From positions 13,578,001 to 13,642,000 of the forward strand of contig NC_045714.1 in the NCBI RefSeq assembly GCF_009834535.1: a DNA stretch of 64,000 nt. Direction: 5' to 3'. Below are positions 34,201 to 47,399 of the stretch, one piece after another; position 1 is the stretch's first letter; every line of letters begins with the position of its first letter. The DNA comes from Camelus ferus. Lineage: Eukaryota. Both the position numbers and the translations under genes were made by a program. The notes under the pieces are model-generated. The model had not been told where the DNA came from. It saw only the letters and a program-made list of their open reading frames with translations, and searched no databases.

Positions 34201-37057
34201 ATCTGGACACCAGTCAAGTTCTCTTTTTCCATTATGAAAGCATCTGTGACCCCCATGGCGAAGCCCAGGAGGGAGCCCCGCCGTCCACTCACAAGGCAGC
34301 CCTTGACATCGCGAAGGACGGGGCCCCACGCGGTGGGCTTCCTTCCACGTCCAGACTCCCACCGCTGCAGGGCCGATTCTGCCGAGCCCGGAGCACTGTC
34401 CTCCCGGGGCTGCCCCCCCCGGCCTCTTCCTGCCCCAGGACGTTGTCACTGCCTGTGCTGCCACGGGGTGCAGTGTGGGGGGGGTCTCAGTGAGTGGCTG
34501 GTGCCCAGGGCCCAAGATGGAGGGTGCGGCGGCCACTTCCTCCCGAAGTTCACCCCTCCGTTGCCCCTGCAACAGCACCCACAGGGGCCGCGCGTCCTCA
34601 GAGCCTCCTGGGCATCCTCTCCGTGCCCGCAGCCCACAGGCCGCGCACCCGCATGTCCCTGCTGCACACGGAGGAAGCCAAGCGCGGGAAGCAGGACGTA
34701 CGCTGCCATGGACCACAGCGACGCTCTCAAGCAGCAGAGCCGGTGGGGGGCCCCGTGGGCCCCACACTCCGGCCTGTGGCCTCTCTCAGGGCACCTTCAG
34801 CCACGCCCCTCCCCCAGCCAGCTCACGTCCCCGGGGCACAGCAGTTTTTTTCTCTCTGAAAAGCAATGAGAAGAAAATCAGACCCCCCAAGACCCCCCCC
34901 CCACTGCAGCCGGAAGGTTGATGCGGCTGAAGCTGGGAACCCTGAAAACGAAGGAGAGCGGTGCCGTCTCTGGCACTGAGTGTCGCATTCATTACAGTTT
35001 AATTTGATCTTTTTTAATATCACATTGAAACGTTTCCATTCTGGAATGGAATGGTTATAGCGAGCGTAAATCTGCCACACACACGGTGCTTCATTTATGT
35101 TAGCTTTTATTTAACTTGGTAAAAGGTAATTTATTTTTATTAATTGATTCATTTTCCCCCTTCGGTCAGGCAAGCTGCAGATCCGGGAGAGCTCACGGCC
35201 GAACAGCTCCTGCCGGAGCCTGGAACCTCCCCTCAACGCGTGGCCGGCCGCCACCGGCCGTGGAAACTTTAATTGACCACCCAGGTGCCTGTGTGGCCTT
35301 ATTATCTGCTCCAGTGCCTCCTCTTTCCCTTCAATTTTTCAACTTTAGGTCATCCTGGCCAATTGATGAGTCAGAAATTTACCGCTGAGATGGGCTGAGC
35401 CCTTTCCAGCACTCTGCTCTAAGCAGAGTGGACAAGATCACAGCACTGTTGACTCGGAGGCCCGTCTGGGCGGCTGCACTGCATTCACCGTGCGTGTCTG
35501 CTGTCAGGCGGGCCAGCACCATCAGCTGCTGGTGCCTCGAAATAAGACGCTTCAGAACCGGTAGTCTGTTTGGCTTCTGTCTGAACTTCCCCTCCTGATG
35601 TTTCCTCGACCCACCCGTTTGCAGACGGGTGAGTCCAGCTTTCCCGAGCTGGCACAGTCCACCCACCCGCCCACCTCCTGCCATCGCTCCAACCACGTGT
35701 GTGAGGCCCAGTGTCCTCATGCTTGCCGGGACATTTCAGACATCATCAGGGGCTCTGTCCAAGGTCACGGCCTGTCATATCCACAGATGAATCCCCAGTT
35801 AGGTTGCAGAGTGCTCCGAGATTAGGGTTAACCAGAGCCCCTCTCCAGGCCACCCCTGCCCACCGTTCTCTTCCACGGCCTTACGTTTCTCCCTCCAGCA
35901 GCCTCCAGATCTAGAGCCGTAACTCGTTTATGAACACCTTGGCCAGTTGGCCACGTGCAGCATGCAACGGACAGCGGGCCTCCGGGCACCTCCAGGGCCG
36001 CTTTCCCTCGGGTCGAGTGGCCGGGGGGCGGTGGATGGACATGCCCGTTTCTGCCGTCCTTCAGGGGAGGACACACTGCCCTCCTCCCCGGTCGTCCGGG
36101 CGGGTAACTCTGCTTTCATTACCTGTAAGTAGTGTGTTCTCACACCAGGAAGATCTGCGCCCATTTCCCGAATGGGATCGTGGTGCCAAGTTTAGCATTT
36201 CTGTGAGAGTAAAATCAAAATAGTTACCACTGGGAGGAAACTCCTTTTGATACACGAGAGCTGTCGGCGGCCGTGTGCCCGGACAAGCCCACCGCTCTGC
36301 TTGTTCTCTCGCGGGAAGGGAGCGGACGCCTCACTCACTGCCCACCGCCTGGCGGAGGAGGGCGCTGCCTCCGGCTTGACTCGCGAGACGGGCTGGCGCT
36401 GTAGATCTGGTGTCGCATCTGGCTCACGCGTCACCTTCTTGTGGGGGGACAACGCACGTGAAAGCAATTTGTAAATCCTGACGCGGTGCGCACACCGGGG
36501 CCTGTTAGCGCTAACCCAGGCAAACAGCCTGTAGTTGTGACGGGGGCAGGTTGTTTTCCATGGTTTCCATGATGACATTTTCTGTGTCTGTAGTGCTTTG
36601 AAGTCTTCTCAAAGCTTTTTTCATACCTATTATGTCATTTGATCCAACTAATTGAACTTGAACTGGAACAAAGAAAAACATTGATGCATTAATTACATCC
36701 AGGCCGTTTGTGAGGGCAGGAGGGGTGGGAAACATAGCTGCATCACAGCTGGCTTGTGGATGCCTGTTTAAAACTGTGACTTGAAGGGAAAAACAAAATC
36801 AGAAGCAGAATCTACACGCCCCCACCGCTTCAGATTAGTCCAAAAAAAAACAGGAAAGGGATTGGATCCCAATTTAATATCATGAAGTATTTGTTCATTG
36901 TTTTCTTTTTCTTCTCTCTGGCCCACCACCAAAAACAATTTCTGAGAATATTTTTTATTCTCAAAAATACATGTTTCTACAAGTTTTATAATGGGGTGTT
37001 TTTATAAGAGCCTGTGATGATAAGAAATCTTTGCATAACAGGGTCAAGGATGTTAAA

Positions 37058-37250
37058 TCAGGGTTTCTCGACCTGGACACGGACGACACTGGGGCTGGCC
37101 CGTCCTCTGATGCGGGGCCGTCCTGGGCACTGTGGGGTGTTCGGCAGCAGCCCCGGCCCCCAGCTGCTTGTTGCCAGTAGCACCCCCCTCCCCCGCCAGT
37201 TATGACAACCAACATGTCCTAGACATTGCCCAGGTTCTGGGGTGGGGATG
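37058..37250 (-). mobile_element. MER20 element
   Basis: CAGGGTTTCTCGACC...GCCAGTAGCACCCCC...CAGTTATGACAACCAACATGTCCTAGACATTGCC. Confidence 0.85.
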
Positions 37251-37779
37251 GGGTGGGCAGGACCTCCCCCGCCCCGTGAGGATGGCTCAGGAAGCACTCC
37301 TGGTGCAGCAGAGCATCTCCCAGGCCTGCAAAGAAAGCAGCCCTGGGCTCGTCCTGCAAGCTGGTCTGGGGATCAGGCCCAGCGTCAGCCAGGACTGGCT
37401 CATCCTAGGATCAGAGCCTCCGGCCAGAGGGTCTCATCAGCTCCTGCCTCTGTTTCCCCGGGGAAGGACCCGCCCGGGCCCCCAGAGCGAGGAGGAGGCC
37501 GAGGTCAAGGCAGGTCTTCATTTTTCAGGAGTTCACAGCATCTGAGGAAGAAAAACCAGGTTGTGTCACAGGAGCAACAGCTGAGAAAATGTCTCAGAAT
37601 TGCTTCTTGTATCAGAGAATGCGGCCAAACCTCCCCCACCCACCTTTCCTCTGGTGAAGATGCAGTGTGGGTCCCAGGCCAGGAGCTGTCGGGGGCCCGG
37701 GGAGTGAGCCTCCTTCCTGGTATGTGCGCCTTATGGGGGCAGGGGTGACTTTAAATCACGCCATGTAAGGCACGAGGGC

Positions 37780-37955
37780 CATGCAGACTGCTGAACCCCA
37801 ACAAGGTCTGCGCCCGAGTTCCTGTGTCATGCCGGCGTCCCCACCCTGCCCTGAGTGCAGACCCCCCATGTAAGGTGGCATCGGGGACCCTGGTGGGGAA
37901 CTCTCTGCACTGAGCTTGCAACTTCTGTGAGTCAAACTATTTCAAAATGAAAATG
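37780..37955 (+). mobile_element. Old L1M 3' terminal fragment
   Basis: GGGAACTCTCTGCACTGAGCTTGCAACTTCTGTGAGTCAAACTATTTCAAAATGAAAATGT. Confidence 0.65.
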
Positions 37956-39139
37956 TGACAGGCCCACATCCCCCACCTTCAGGTCTTGCACAGACTACAG
38001 ACAGACTTCTTGAGCTGAAACGGTACACAGATTCTCCCATCTAGCCTTTAATGAAGAGCAACCAGAATCTCGCACACAAACGTGGCTTCTCTTTACCTCT
38101 GCTCACCTTCCCCACCATTAAATAAAAAAAAAAAACCTTTATTCTAATGTGACCATTGAGACAGGCGTTAAAACTGCAAGGCTGGTTCCAATGCCAGCTT
38201 TTTATTCTCGGGTCAGAAATGACTTAGGGCGGGTCAGTGTTTGAACGATAGCTCCGCGGTGATTAAGCTCAAGTGGTACCTTGGACAGACCTCTCAGGGG
38301 GCGAATTCCCTGGCTCGTCCTAATGCCCACTTGCTCGCTCATCCTCTGTGTAATTTAACGCAGCTGGAAGCTTCTGGTGACGGGAGACCAGGCCGGAACA
38401 GCAGCGGTTTGGACAGGGTTTTGGCTGCAGCTCTGGTTTTGGAAGGGCCTCCGTGGGAGTCTCTCTGGGGGTGAGAGGGTTGGCGGGTTTGTTTCTTTCG
38501 CTCCCCCCGGGGTGTGCACGGTGCCTCCATGGATGGTTCCCATCGCTTGGGGCCCGGCACACGCGCCTGGGAAGGGTGGCACTGGTTACTTCCTGCGGGC
38601 ATCTCCGCAGGCTACGGGGGGTTCTCTGGGAGGTGTGTGCAGAGATGGCCGTGACCCCAGCAAACATGTTCCTTATGTCGTTTGTATCCGAGACCCACCT
38701 CAGCTAAGCCCCCTCCACGTGTAGGAGCCAATGACTTGCTTACAGCCCAGAAGGAGGGAGGAAAGCAAAGATTCATGAAGCGTCTGCTGCGTGCTCGGCA
38801 CCACGAGTCTCCCTCTCTCTGCAATAGCCACTGTCGCCTTGTTGAGAGGCTACACCCAAGAAATCCGGTCCCCGGGGCTCTGCCGGCCCCTTTCTTGCTG
38901 GCGTCCCGGAGCACTGCAGGTGTCCCCGCCCACCCTCTTCAGAAACCAAGCCTCCCTCTGTCCCAGCTTCCCTGAGTCCCTGGAGTCCCCTCCATCCAAC
39001 TGCTGGAGTCGAGAGAGACACGTGTCTGTCCAGCAGCAGCGAGGGCGCCACCTGGAAGAGAGGGCTGTCCCCACGTGGGCACCTGCTCCAGTGGACGGGG
39101 CACATGTGTGTGGTGGTCAGATGCCCGGCTTTGCCACAA

Positions 39140-39215
39140 AGTTAATCCTCTCATTACCCCCATTTCACAGATGAAGGGACAGACCACCTTGCCCCAGTTC
39201 ATGTGGCCGACACAG
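39140..39215 (-). mobile_element. MIR SINE fragment
   Basis: CATTACCCCATTTCACAGATGAAG...CTTGCCCCAGTTCA. Confidence 0.65.
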
Positions 39216-40224
39216 GGGAGGGGGCTTGGACCCAGGCTCTCCACCCCCAGGGTCTCCGTGCATCCCGCCGCCCACCACCCCTTGTCTGATGGGCACCGAC
39301 CACCCAGGTGTTTCTGTTCTAACTTTGCAGAAGCTCCCACTGAACACAACACAGCCGAAACAAGAGGCTGCTTTTTCTTCTCTCTGCAGGAGTGAGTGCA
39401 GCCCACTTGGCATCTGTGTCACACCTGTCACCCGGGGCTTAGCGAGGGTCACATCACCAGGAAGGAATCAAAGACCTTTGCAGCGCAGGCATCCTGTGCT
39501 CCGAGTCCCGGGCCCTTCTCCACGGAGCAGGGCCCTGAACACTGCCGGATTCGGGGATTTCCTTCCCAAGATGGACTCACCTTTTTAAAAGTTTACATAA
39601 AGACCATAGCCTCATTTGTTTTTCTTGTTACGCGTTACAGGGAAGGACGATCCATTTCATGGTTCTCAGAGATGAAAGACGGGGAGCGTGGTTTCAGTTT
39701 CATGACTGCCGCTGTCACATTTCAGAACTTCCTAAATATAGCTTTATTGGAGGGGAAAAAAAGCCTACAGCCCTGCTTCAAGATAAAAAGGTTTCTGTCA
39801 AAATCAAATGACATGTCAGTTTTAATGAGCAACTGAAAAATTAACAAATGTAACATTCTAATCTAATTACGTTCTTCCAGAAAGCTCTTTGAAAATTGAC
39901 TCAAGTTTGGTTGTCAAGTTCGCTGCCACCGAGGCAGCAGCGACAGCGTGCGGGAGGCCGGAGCCGCACCTCCTGGGTGCTCAGGGGTGCGCTTTGCTCC
40001 CAGGGGCACTTCCGAAACTTTGGGGGCTCTTGGCTCACGCGTTCTCGAACTTCCGCTAGACTGCATTGCAACACACGTCCAGAAAAGCGAGCAAGTCGTG
40101 TGTCTGTCCTTTTGAATCTTCACACGAGAATGACAACCACAGAACCAGGACTCCAGGTTTTTATAAATAAGTTTTTTTTTTTAAGCATCGGATCCGTGTC
40201 TCCCCCGACCCCCAAGTTCATTGT

Positions 40225-40545
40225 ATAACTGGTTGATCAGATGCTGAACATGATTAACGTACACTGTTTGGTAGATGCTGGCAAGAGTGTGCACTCCTGG
40301 TCCAGGTAGTAAACGTGCCCGTCACGTCTGAAAGCCTCTGTGCCCCTGCGCTGTGGTTTTTGTTTGTTCGTGATAAGAACCTGCTGTGGGAGCTCTACCT
40401 TCTTCACAGTTTTCAAAGTACCTGCTAACTTTTCACGGGCTGCACGGGGCCGTGTTGCAGGGCAGACCTCTGGCCCCCTCTCCCCTCGCGTGCACGGTGA
40501 CTGAGGTCCACGAAACACCGCCTCCCCCGGGCCCAGCCCCTGCTC
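40225..40545 (-). mobile_element. Old L1 (L1MA/L1MB-like) 3' fragment, GC-shifted
   Basis: TTTGTTCGTGATAAGAAC...CTCTACCTTCTTCACAGTTTTCAAAGTAC...TGTTGCAGGGCAGACCTCT...GTGACTGA resembles the L1MA/MB 3' reverse strand. Confidence 0.6.
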
Positions 40546-42869
40546 AGCCCCGTTCTTCCCACTGTTGACTGCCCGGACCTCTGACTGTTTCAGGTGCCTC
40601 ACACGAGAGGAGTCTGTGCTTTTGAAGCAGGGGTCCGGGCCTGCCTTCCAGAGGACAGGCGGGGGGTGTGCAGTGAGGGGCGAGGCCTGCGACATCTCCT
40701 GCCCCACGTCCCTTGCGCCCTGTGTGTTTCTGTGGAAGAGCAGCGAGGGGGTCCTGCCCCGGGGCCTCCAGTGAGTGGGAGCTTTGATGAGACGTCACCC
40801 CAGTCCTACCCGTGTGGGGCGTCTGTTCCTTGTCCCACTCACTTGTGTGTCTCCTGTGTCTCCTCAATAGGACGGGACACCCTTGCACGTCGCAGAACGC
40901 GGCAGAGGGGCGTCCGTTAACCAGGACTGGCTCAGCAGACTCCTCCTTGCCTCATCCGGCTTTCCCTCTTGTTTTGGGCACTTTGGTTTGGGGAGAGGGA
41001 TGTACGTCTTGGTGCCACCAGACGTGTCAGACAGTCTACGGAGTGTTATTCTGGGCTTTAGAGACAGTAGGGGCTGAGGGATCCCACTTCTTAAGGATTT
41101 TACCAATTTGCAGAAGAATAGGGCACATCAAAATAATAATAATAAAGGAGAAAGAAGAGAGAGGGCAGGAAACGTGGGAGAAGAGACCAAAACGATGGGA
41201 ACCGAGAGGCAGAAGACGGATCATTTAGTCAGTCTAGAAATTACCCAGAATCAAAGCGAGAAACACTATCAGGACAGACGGGGAGGGCCGCACAAGTCCA
41301 GTCGCTCTTCCTCGTCTCCTGGTCCTTAACGAGGGAAGCGGTGTTGAGCCTGCTTCTCGATGTGTTATGTTTTCTTCGTGCAAACGCGCGGTCATGCCCC
41401 TTGGCTGTTCAGGTCTGGGTGTGGTCCACACACTAATGCGGGGGTCAGACAGGGTAGAAGGGTTTCCAGCAGAGCCCCTGGTGGAGAGGCTCTCCGGCGT
41501 CATGCAGAGTGTTCTCCGAACGAAGGCCTGATCCCGCAGACTCTGGATTTCACATCCATGGGAAGGGGTGGCCATTTTCTTGGTGACACGTCCATATTCG
41601 ATGCCTGAGACCCAAAGCCACGTTTTCACCCTTCTCTTGAGATCCTTTCTGGTTGTATAAACTTCGGAATTCCGGAGATCTGGGCCATCAGGAAGATAAA
41701 TTTACACAGACGTATACCTTAATTCTTGTTCCTCGTGTATTTCCTATCACATCATTTACGTATGCTTCAGATATCCCATGAATTGTAATAAATGGCAACT
41801 CATAATAAAACTGGTAATAAAATGGATTATTCAGGTAATGCTGTTTTATTACAGTCTCATTATGATTATATAATCCTTATTAAAATCTGGATCAGAGATG
41901 AATTTCTCACCGGAGGCGCCTCAAAGTGCTTTAATAAATTCTATTTATTGTGCAATCCCAGGGTGGGTATTGGTTTTTATAATTTCACACAAGTGTGTGG
42001 TGATGTGACGTGGAATCCATCCACAGGAAATCTGCAGCGTGATTCCTGGAGAATCTGCAGCCTACACTCAGAACTTCCTGTTCTTGCTCTGGATTCTTTT
42101 ATTAGGAGAAATGTTTGCTGGGTGGGATGTGTTCAGGGCCTTATTGTTACTCTTTAGCTGCCATGGATGTTACCCCACAATGACCCCTAGAATGTCATTC
42201 TGATGAGATCTGGGGTCCTCTGTTGTAGATCAGAGCTGAGTGAACCATCAGAGAGGTGGAGGGACCCAAGGATTTATGCACTGAACCCGCACAGCCGGGG
42301 TCTGGCAAAGCTGTCCCGACCCTGCCCTCGCCAGGTGCCCAGGACGAGGCAGCAGTAAAGAGCGGGGAAAGGTGGGGCCTCGCTGACGCAGACGGGCGAC
42401 GAGAACACTCTGTCTGGGCAGAGGCGACATGGGGAGGGTCCAATATCACGAAAGAGTGGGATCTGTTCCACCAGCTGTGGCCGCTCGATCCAGGAGGCGG
42501 GCCCGGGAGCATGTGCGCCTCGTCTAAGCACCAGAGAAGGGGCCGTGGTCCGTGGGAGCTCGCAGGCAGTCACAACATCACAAGCGTCTTGACACCAGTC
42601 TGCCGGGTCCACGTCCGCCGGCGCCATGCCGTCCACCCCGCCGGGGCTGCAGCGCGTCTCAGACATGGAGCTGCTCTGTGCTGCTCTCGGGACAGTTAGT
42701 GCCCATCGTGTGGCTCGTGTCTAGGCCCCCACACAGGTGGGTCACGGGGGAAATGGGACTGAACGATCTTAGCGTCTTTGGACTCACTGCCCATCAGGGC
42801 TGTCTGAGTCGGGAGGCCCTGGACCCAGCCTGCGGCCTCTGAGCCCCAGCCCCAAGACTCCCCAGCTGG

Positions 42870-43010
42870 GTGGCCCCCATCTGCCTCGGTTTCCCCATCT
42901 GTAAAATGGGCACAGCAAAAGGGTCTGCCTCAGTGTTGTTACAGGGACTAAATGAATGCGTGTCAAAGTGCTGGAATGTCTGGCACACAACGCTGTGTGT
43001 TGTAAAAGTG
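42870..43010 (+). mobile_element. MIR SINE
   Basis: GCCTCGGTTTCCCCATCTGTAAAATGGG...GACTAAATGAAT...AAAGTGCTGGAATGTCTGGCACA. Confidence 0.85.
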
Positions 43011-45131
43011 TCCCTGAGTTAATTTAGATGAATAGGTTTTTGTGCATGGGGCTCACGGGCCACCCTTGGGGTGGGCTTGTGGAGGGCAGGGGTTCGAGCT
43101 CATCCACAAGAAACTGAGACCCCTCCTGGTTCTTCCAGGCAGCCCATGGGGGCGCTTGTGGATGGTGGCGGCAGCACCGAGCAAGTCCCGCTCGTGGGAC
43201 CGAGGTGGGTCTGAGAAGGGCGGGGGCTGAGCCCCGGCTGGGCACAGAGCCCCGGGGTTGCACTGTCTGAATGCAGACTGGAAATTGGATGTGGAAATGT
43301 GTTTCCACCAGCATCAGACAGGGACACCCAATCTTAAAAGCAGGATTTAGCTAAAACTGCTTATTAGTAAAGCCAAGGTTACCCGGGATTTTGAAGTTGG
43401 TTCTTATCTTCCACGCTGCTCAGGTGCGGGGGCGGGGACCTGCAGCCGGAAAAAGCATCAGACAGCCTCGCGGAGTGACCCCCGCTGCTGGCCCTGTGGC
43501 CTTCTGCCACCCTGGGCAGAGACGCTGACGAAAGCAAGCCAGCAAAACTGAAACAAACCGCCCAGCTCGGCTCCCGTGACTGCGGAACACGCCCAGGCCC
43601 ACCTTGACGAGCCCCGGAGAATGGACCCCATGTGGCTCCGCAAAGAGGCAGCCTGATTCCGCGAGCGCCCGGGACGGTGCCCAAACTAAACCTCTGTTCT
43701 CACCTCAGCTTGTGAAGGACGGTCCGCCTGGTGCCGTGTTGGGCTCTGCACCCTGACAGGCACGCGGGGCAGATACCAAAATAGAGACGCGTCGTCCGGG
43801 CCACGCACTCAACGGGTCCCTGCGTCTCAGACCCCCCACCCCTCGTGTCTAAAGCAGCTCGTCTGTAGGAAGACCTGCTTCGCATACAGATCAAGAAGTA
43901 CAAGAGCGCTGAGCAGCGGCAGAATGGAAGCGCGGGCAGAGGTCGTCGTGGGAAGACACAGAAGGAAGCGGAGAGCACCTCACGCAAGTGCTCCCCCTGC
44001 CTGGAAACCGCTTAGCAGCCAGCCAGAGGGCCTCGCCTGCTAATCTAATTAGCCAAAATCCAGAAGTATGGTGTCACTGCTGAGAAGGCCCTGGGGTGTG
44101 GGGGCCCCTCGCAGGGCTCTGTGGGAATGTGGGGCCCAGCCTGGTGCGGTCGACAGACGCACAGATACTGGCCTTCTGCCGTGGGGTCACAATTACCGCG
44201 AACTTGGCGGCGGCAGACGAGACTCAGTGATGTGCCCCAGTCCTGTGGGGCAGACGCCCAGGCCGGCTCTCTGCCCGGGGTCTCGGGTATAAAAGCGTAG
44301 GTCCGCTGGGACTGAGGCTCTGTTCTCATCAGGGCAGGGGTCCCCAGGCCCACCAGCTGGGGTGGAACTCAGTTCCGTCTCCTGTTTTCCACGTGGCTTC
44401 TTCCGCAAGGAAAGCCGGCCAGCGAGGTCTGGGAGATTGTGGGGAGGGGGTTGCAAGGAGGAGGCACGGTCAGGGGGGCCAAGGACGAGTCGGGGCCCTT
44501 GGTGGCACTGAGCTCAAGGGGGAAGACAGTTTGAAGGAGAAGGGGTCCACCGCAGCGGGAAACATCAGGGCAGGCGACGCAGGGCAGGTCTGGGGCCGAC
44601 AGGTGAGCGAGGCTGCCGCATGTGCAGACCCCTGGGGCCACCTGTTCACAGGCAGTCCTGGACTGAGTGGGTGGGCCGGCTGCTCCCCTCTGTCAATGGT
44701 GCACTGTCACCAGCATGAACAGACCCTGCAGTGCAGACAGGTCATCCAGCCGTGCCCCGTGTCCCCTGGGCATGGGAAGACCCAGGAACCCAGAGGCCAG
44801 CGAGCCTTCCCTTAGCGTCCCCTTTCTCTGCCATCAGAGCCGCTCCGGTACGGGGACGTGAGCGGGGCCGCCTCCTGCTGCCTTGTTGAGTGGGAGTCTC
44901 GGGGGGCCGGAGCAGGCCTCCCAGGCTTCAGAGGGAATGAAGACGGTGAGGATGTGGCTGCGGGCGCTCACCGTGGGAGGTTGAGCCCCGCAGGCCTCAC
45001 AGGGGCCAGGCCTGATTACCCCTCCGCGTGGGGAGGGCCCGGGAGCCTCGGGAGGCGTTAGACCTGCAGGCACGGAGCCTGGACGCCTCTGGAAGATTAA
45101 TCCCGTGTCTCCCTGAGGGGGGACCCAGCAG

Positions 45132-45205
45132 CTTCCCCGACTCCCACGTCAGCATCCAGCCTCCCCGACACCCACCTCAGCATCCAGCCTCGCTGACTCC
45201 CCGCC
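45132..45205 (+). repeat. Minisatellite, ~28-bp unit, about 2.6 copies
   Basis: CTTCCCCGACTCCCACGTCAGCATCCAGC / CTCCCCGACACCCACCTCAGCATCCAGC / CTCGCTGACTCCC. Confidence 0.85.
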
Positions 45206-45341
45206 CAAACCGTGCTTTGAGAGGTTTCTCTTGCCATCCTTTGGCTTTTTAGACAGGAATCACCCCCTCCTTCTGTTTAGGGAGATAAACTGGCTGCATG
45301 CTAACAAATTTGTTCTATTAACATATTCAGCAGTAGGCAGG

Positions 45342-45507
45342 NNNNNNNNNNNNNNNNNNNNNNNNNNNNNNNNNNNNNNNNNNNNNNNNNNNNNNNNNNN
45401 NNNNNNNNNNNNNNNNNNNNNNNNNNNNNNNNNNNNNNNNNNNNNNNNNNNNNNNNNNNNNNNNNNNNNNNNNNNNNNNNNNNNNNNNNNNNNNNNNNNN
45501 NNNNNNN
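45342..45507. other. Assembly gap or masked run (166 N)
   Basis: Read directly; flanks are not recognisably L1. Confidence 0.99.
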
Positions 45508-46194
45508 TTGTGGCTTAAAATGTTATTGAGGTTATTCAGCTTTTTTCCCTTCATTTCCCACGTGCTCTCGCATCTCGTGCAGACGGGGCACTGTGACTTC
45601 CTTGTGGAGCTGGAGTGACCCGTGTGGAACCAGGCTGGGGGCTGGTGGAGCACACGAAGGGGAAGAAGGGGTACCTCCTTGCTTGGCTTCCGTGACTGTG
45701 TGTGTGCATTCTGTATTTAATGCAGTTGCTGAGAAGCTGGTGAACAGTGAAAACCGGGCTCGCGGCCTGACCAGGGCTGGGTGCCCACCAAGTCCCAGAC
45801 CAGCCGTCCGTGGGCGCCTGCTCTGGAGAACCCCGGGGCGTCGTTGGGTTGGGTTGCGGGGTCTGGAGCTGAGAAGTGGTCCCTGGGCATCTGCACTGAT
45901 CAGGTCCTGTTTCCTTTGAGGTCCTTCCCCAAGCTTGGGCCTTGTCTGGTCTCTCGAGGCCTCTGTCTCAGGGATACCATAGAGAAAGCATGCCGCCTCT
46001 TGTGGCAACCTCTGGCAGGCGTGGCCGTGGTGGGAAACGAACCTTCACCCAGGTTCACTCAGAAGGCAGCCCTGCCCATTTGGCTCCCAGACACATTTCA
46101 CGGAGACGGTCACAGCCCTGTCTGCCTGGAGCACCTGCCCTGACCTGAGCTTTCATCCTGAGGTCACTTGAGCCCACACCTTACTTAGTGGATC

Positions 46195-46290
46195 TCCCAG
46201 AAACCTCATGACTCAGGCTGGGTGGCTGTGATCATTCCCATTTCACTGATGAGGAAGTTGAGGCTCCAAAGCAAGATCTAAGGGTTTACT
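46195..46290 (-). mobile_element. MIR SINE fragment
   Basis: ATTCCCATTTCACTGATGAGGAAGTTGAGGCTC. Confidence 0.7.
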
Positions 46291-46641
46291 GACTTCCAGG
46301 GCAGATTAGAGGCAGTTAGATAAGGAATGGATCCAGTAGCCTCCCCTGGGTCTCCAACAGCCCCATGGAGGGTGAGCTGAGTCCCATGGGGGCCCTGGCC
46401 CTGGGGACGTACCCGGAGGGTCATCAGGGATCGACCGACCTTGTGTGTGCAGGCCCCACCCACGGTCCCACGAGACAAGACCACAAGTCCATTTGTTGAA
46501 AATGTCCACTAATACAGAGAGGACAGAGCTGGATTTAAAATAACAGCCATAAGCCAGGCTTAGGGAAAAAATCGATTTAAAGTTGTCCAGAAAGCCTTTT
46601 AAGTAAAATGTTTTTAGAAATAAATTATATGTGGGGAAAGT

Positions 46642-46728
46642 TAGGACCAGAGCCATAATCTGTGGGGCCCAGAGCAAAATGAAAACATAGGGCGCTTCCT
46701 TCATTAAGTGTTAAGAATTTCAAGGTGA
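46642..46728 (-). mobile_element. MER45-family (hAT-Tip100) terminal fragment
   Basis: TAGGACCAGAGCCATAATCTGTGGGGCCCAGAGCAAAATGAAAAC...TTAAGAATTTCAAG matches the recalled MER45A reverse complement. Confidence 0.75.
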
Positions 46729-47000
46729 CTTAGGGAGTGGGAAGTTCTCTGTGCTGTGTGCCCCCCGCTCCCCTCCCCCCAGCAGAGTTCCGGGAGCATC
46801 TTCAAGCCCCCTCCCCCTTTCCCTGCAGAGACTCACAGGCAGAGGCTCAAGAGGAACCAGCTGTGCCTTTCAAAGGGGAGGCTGAGAAGGGCCTCCCCGG
46901 GCTTAGGTGTGGAGAGAGCCATCCCCCCCAGTGCCCGGCATCGCAGCCCCGTGAGAGGGGCCGGCCAGCTGGGGCAGCCCTGCCGACGCTTCCCGGCCCT

Positions 47001-47032
47001 GCCGAGCAGCGGCCCCGCCGAGCAGCGGCCCC
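47001..47032 (+). repeat. Perfect 16-bp tandem duplication
   Basis: GCCGAGCAGCGGCCCC occurs twice in tandem. Confidence 0.95.
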
Positions 47033-47399
47033 ACCCGTGCCCTCCCGGGTCCCAGCAGCCTCGCTGCGTCGCTGTGAAGGCCAGCTGCCCACGGGCGGCA
47101 GCGGTGGGTCCCCCACCTGCAGTTCTCGTGGGGCGGAATGCAGCGTGCGGGCACCCGCAGGCCAGGGGTGAGGTCGGTGCCACTGTCCCGCTGAGACCCG
47201 CGTGTCACACAGACCCCAGTGCTGCAGAGCCAGGAAAAGAGCACCTCTGGTTACTGGGGCACCAGGGGCACCCGATTCCCTGCGAGCTTTCCTTGGAGTC
47301 TCTTCCTGTTCGAGCAGCCTCTTCCCCCGTAGATGGGGCCAGCGCCACCCCTGCCAGGCCTCAGCTGGGCCTGTCACTCGGGGACAGACACGCACCCCT

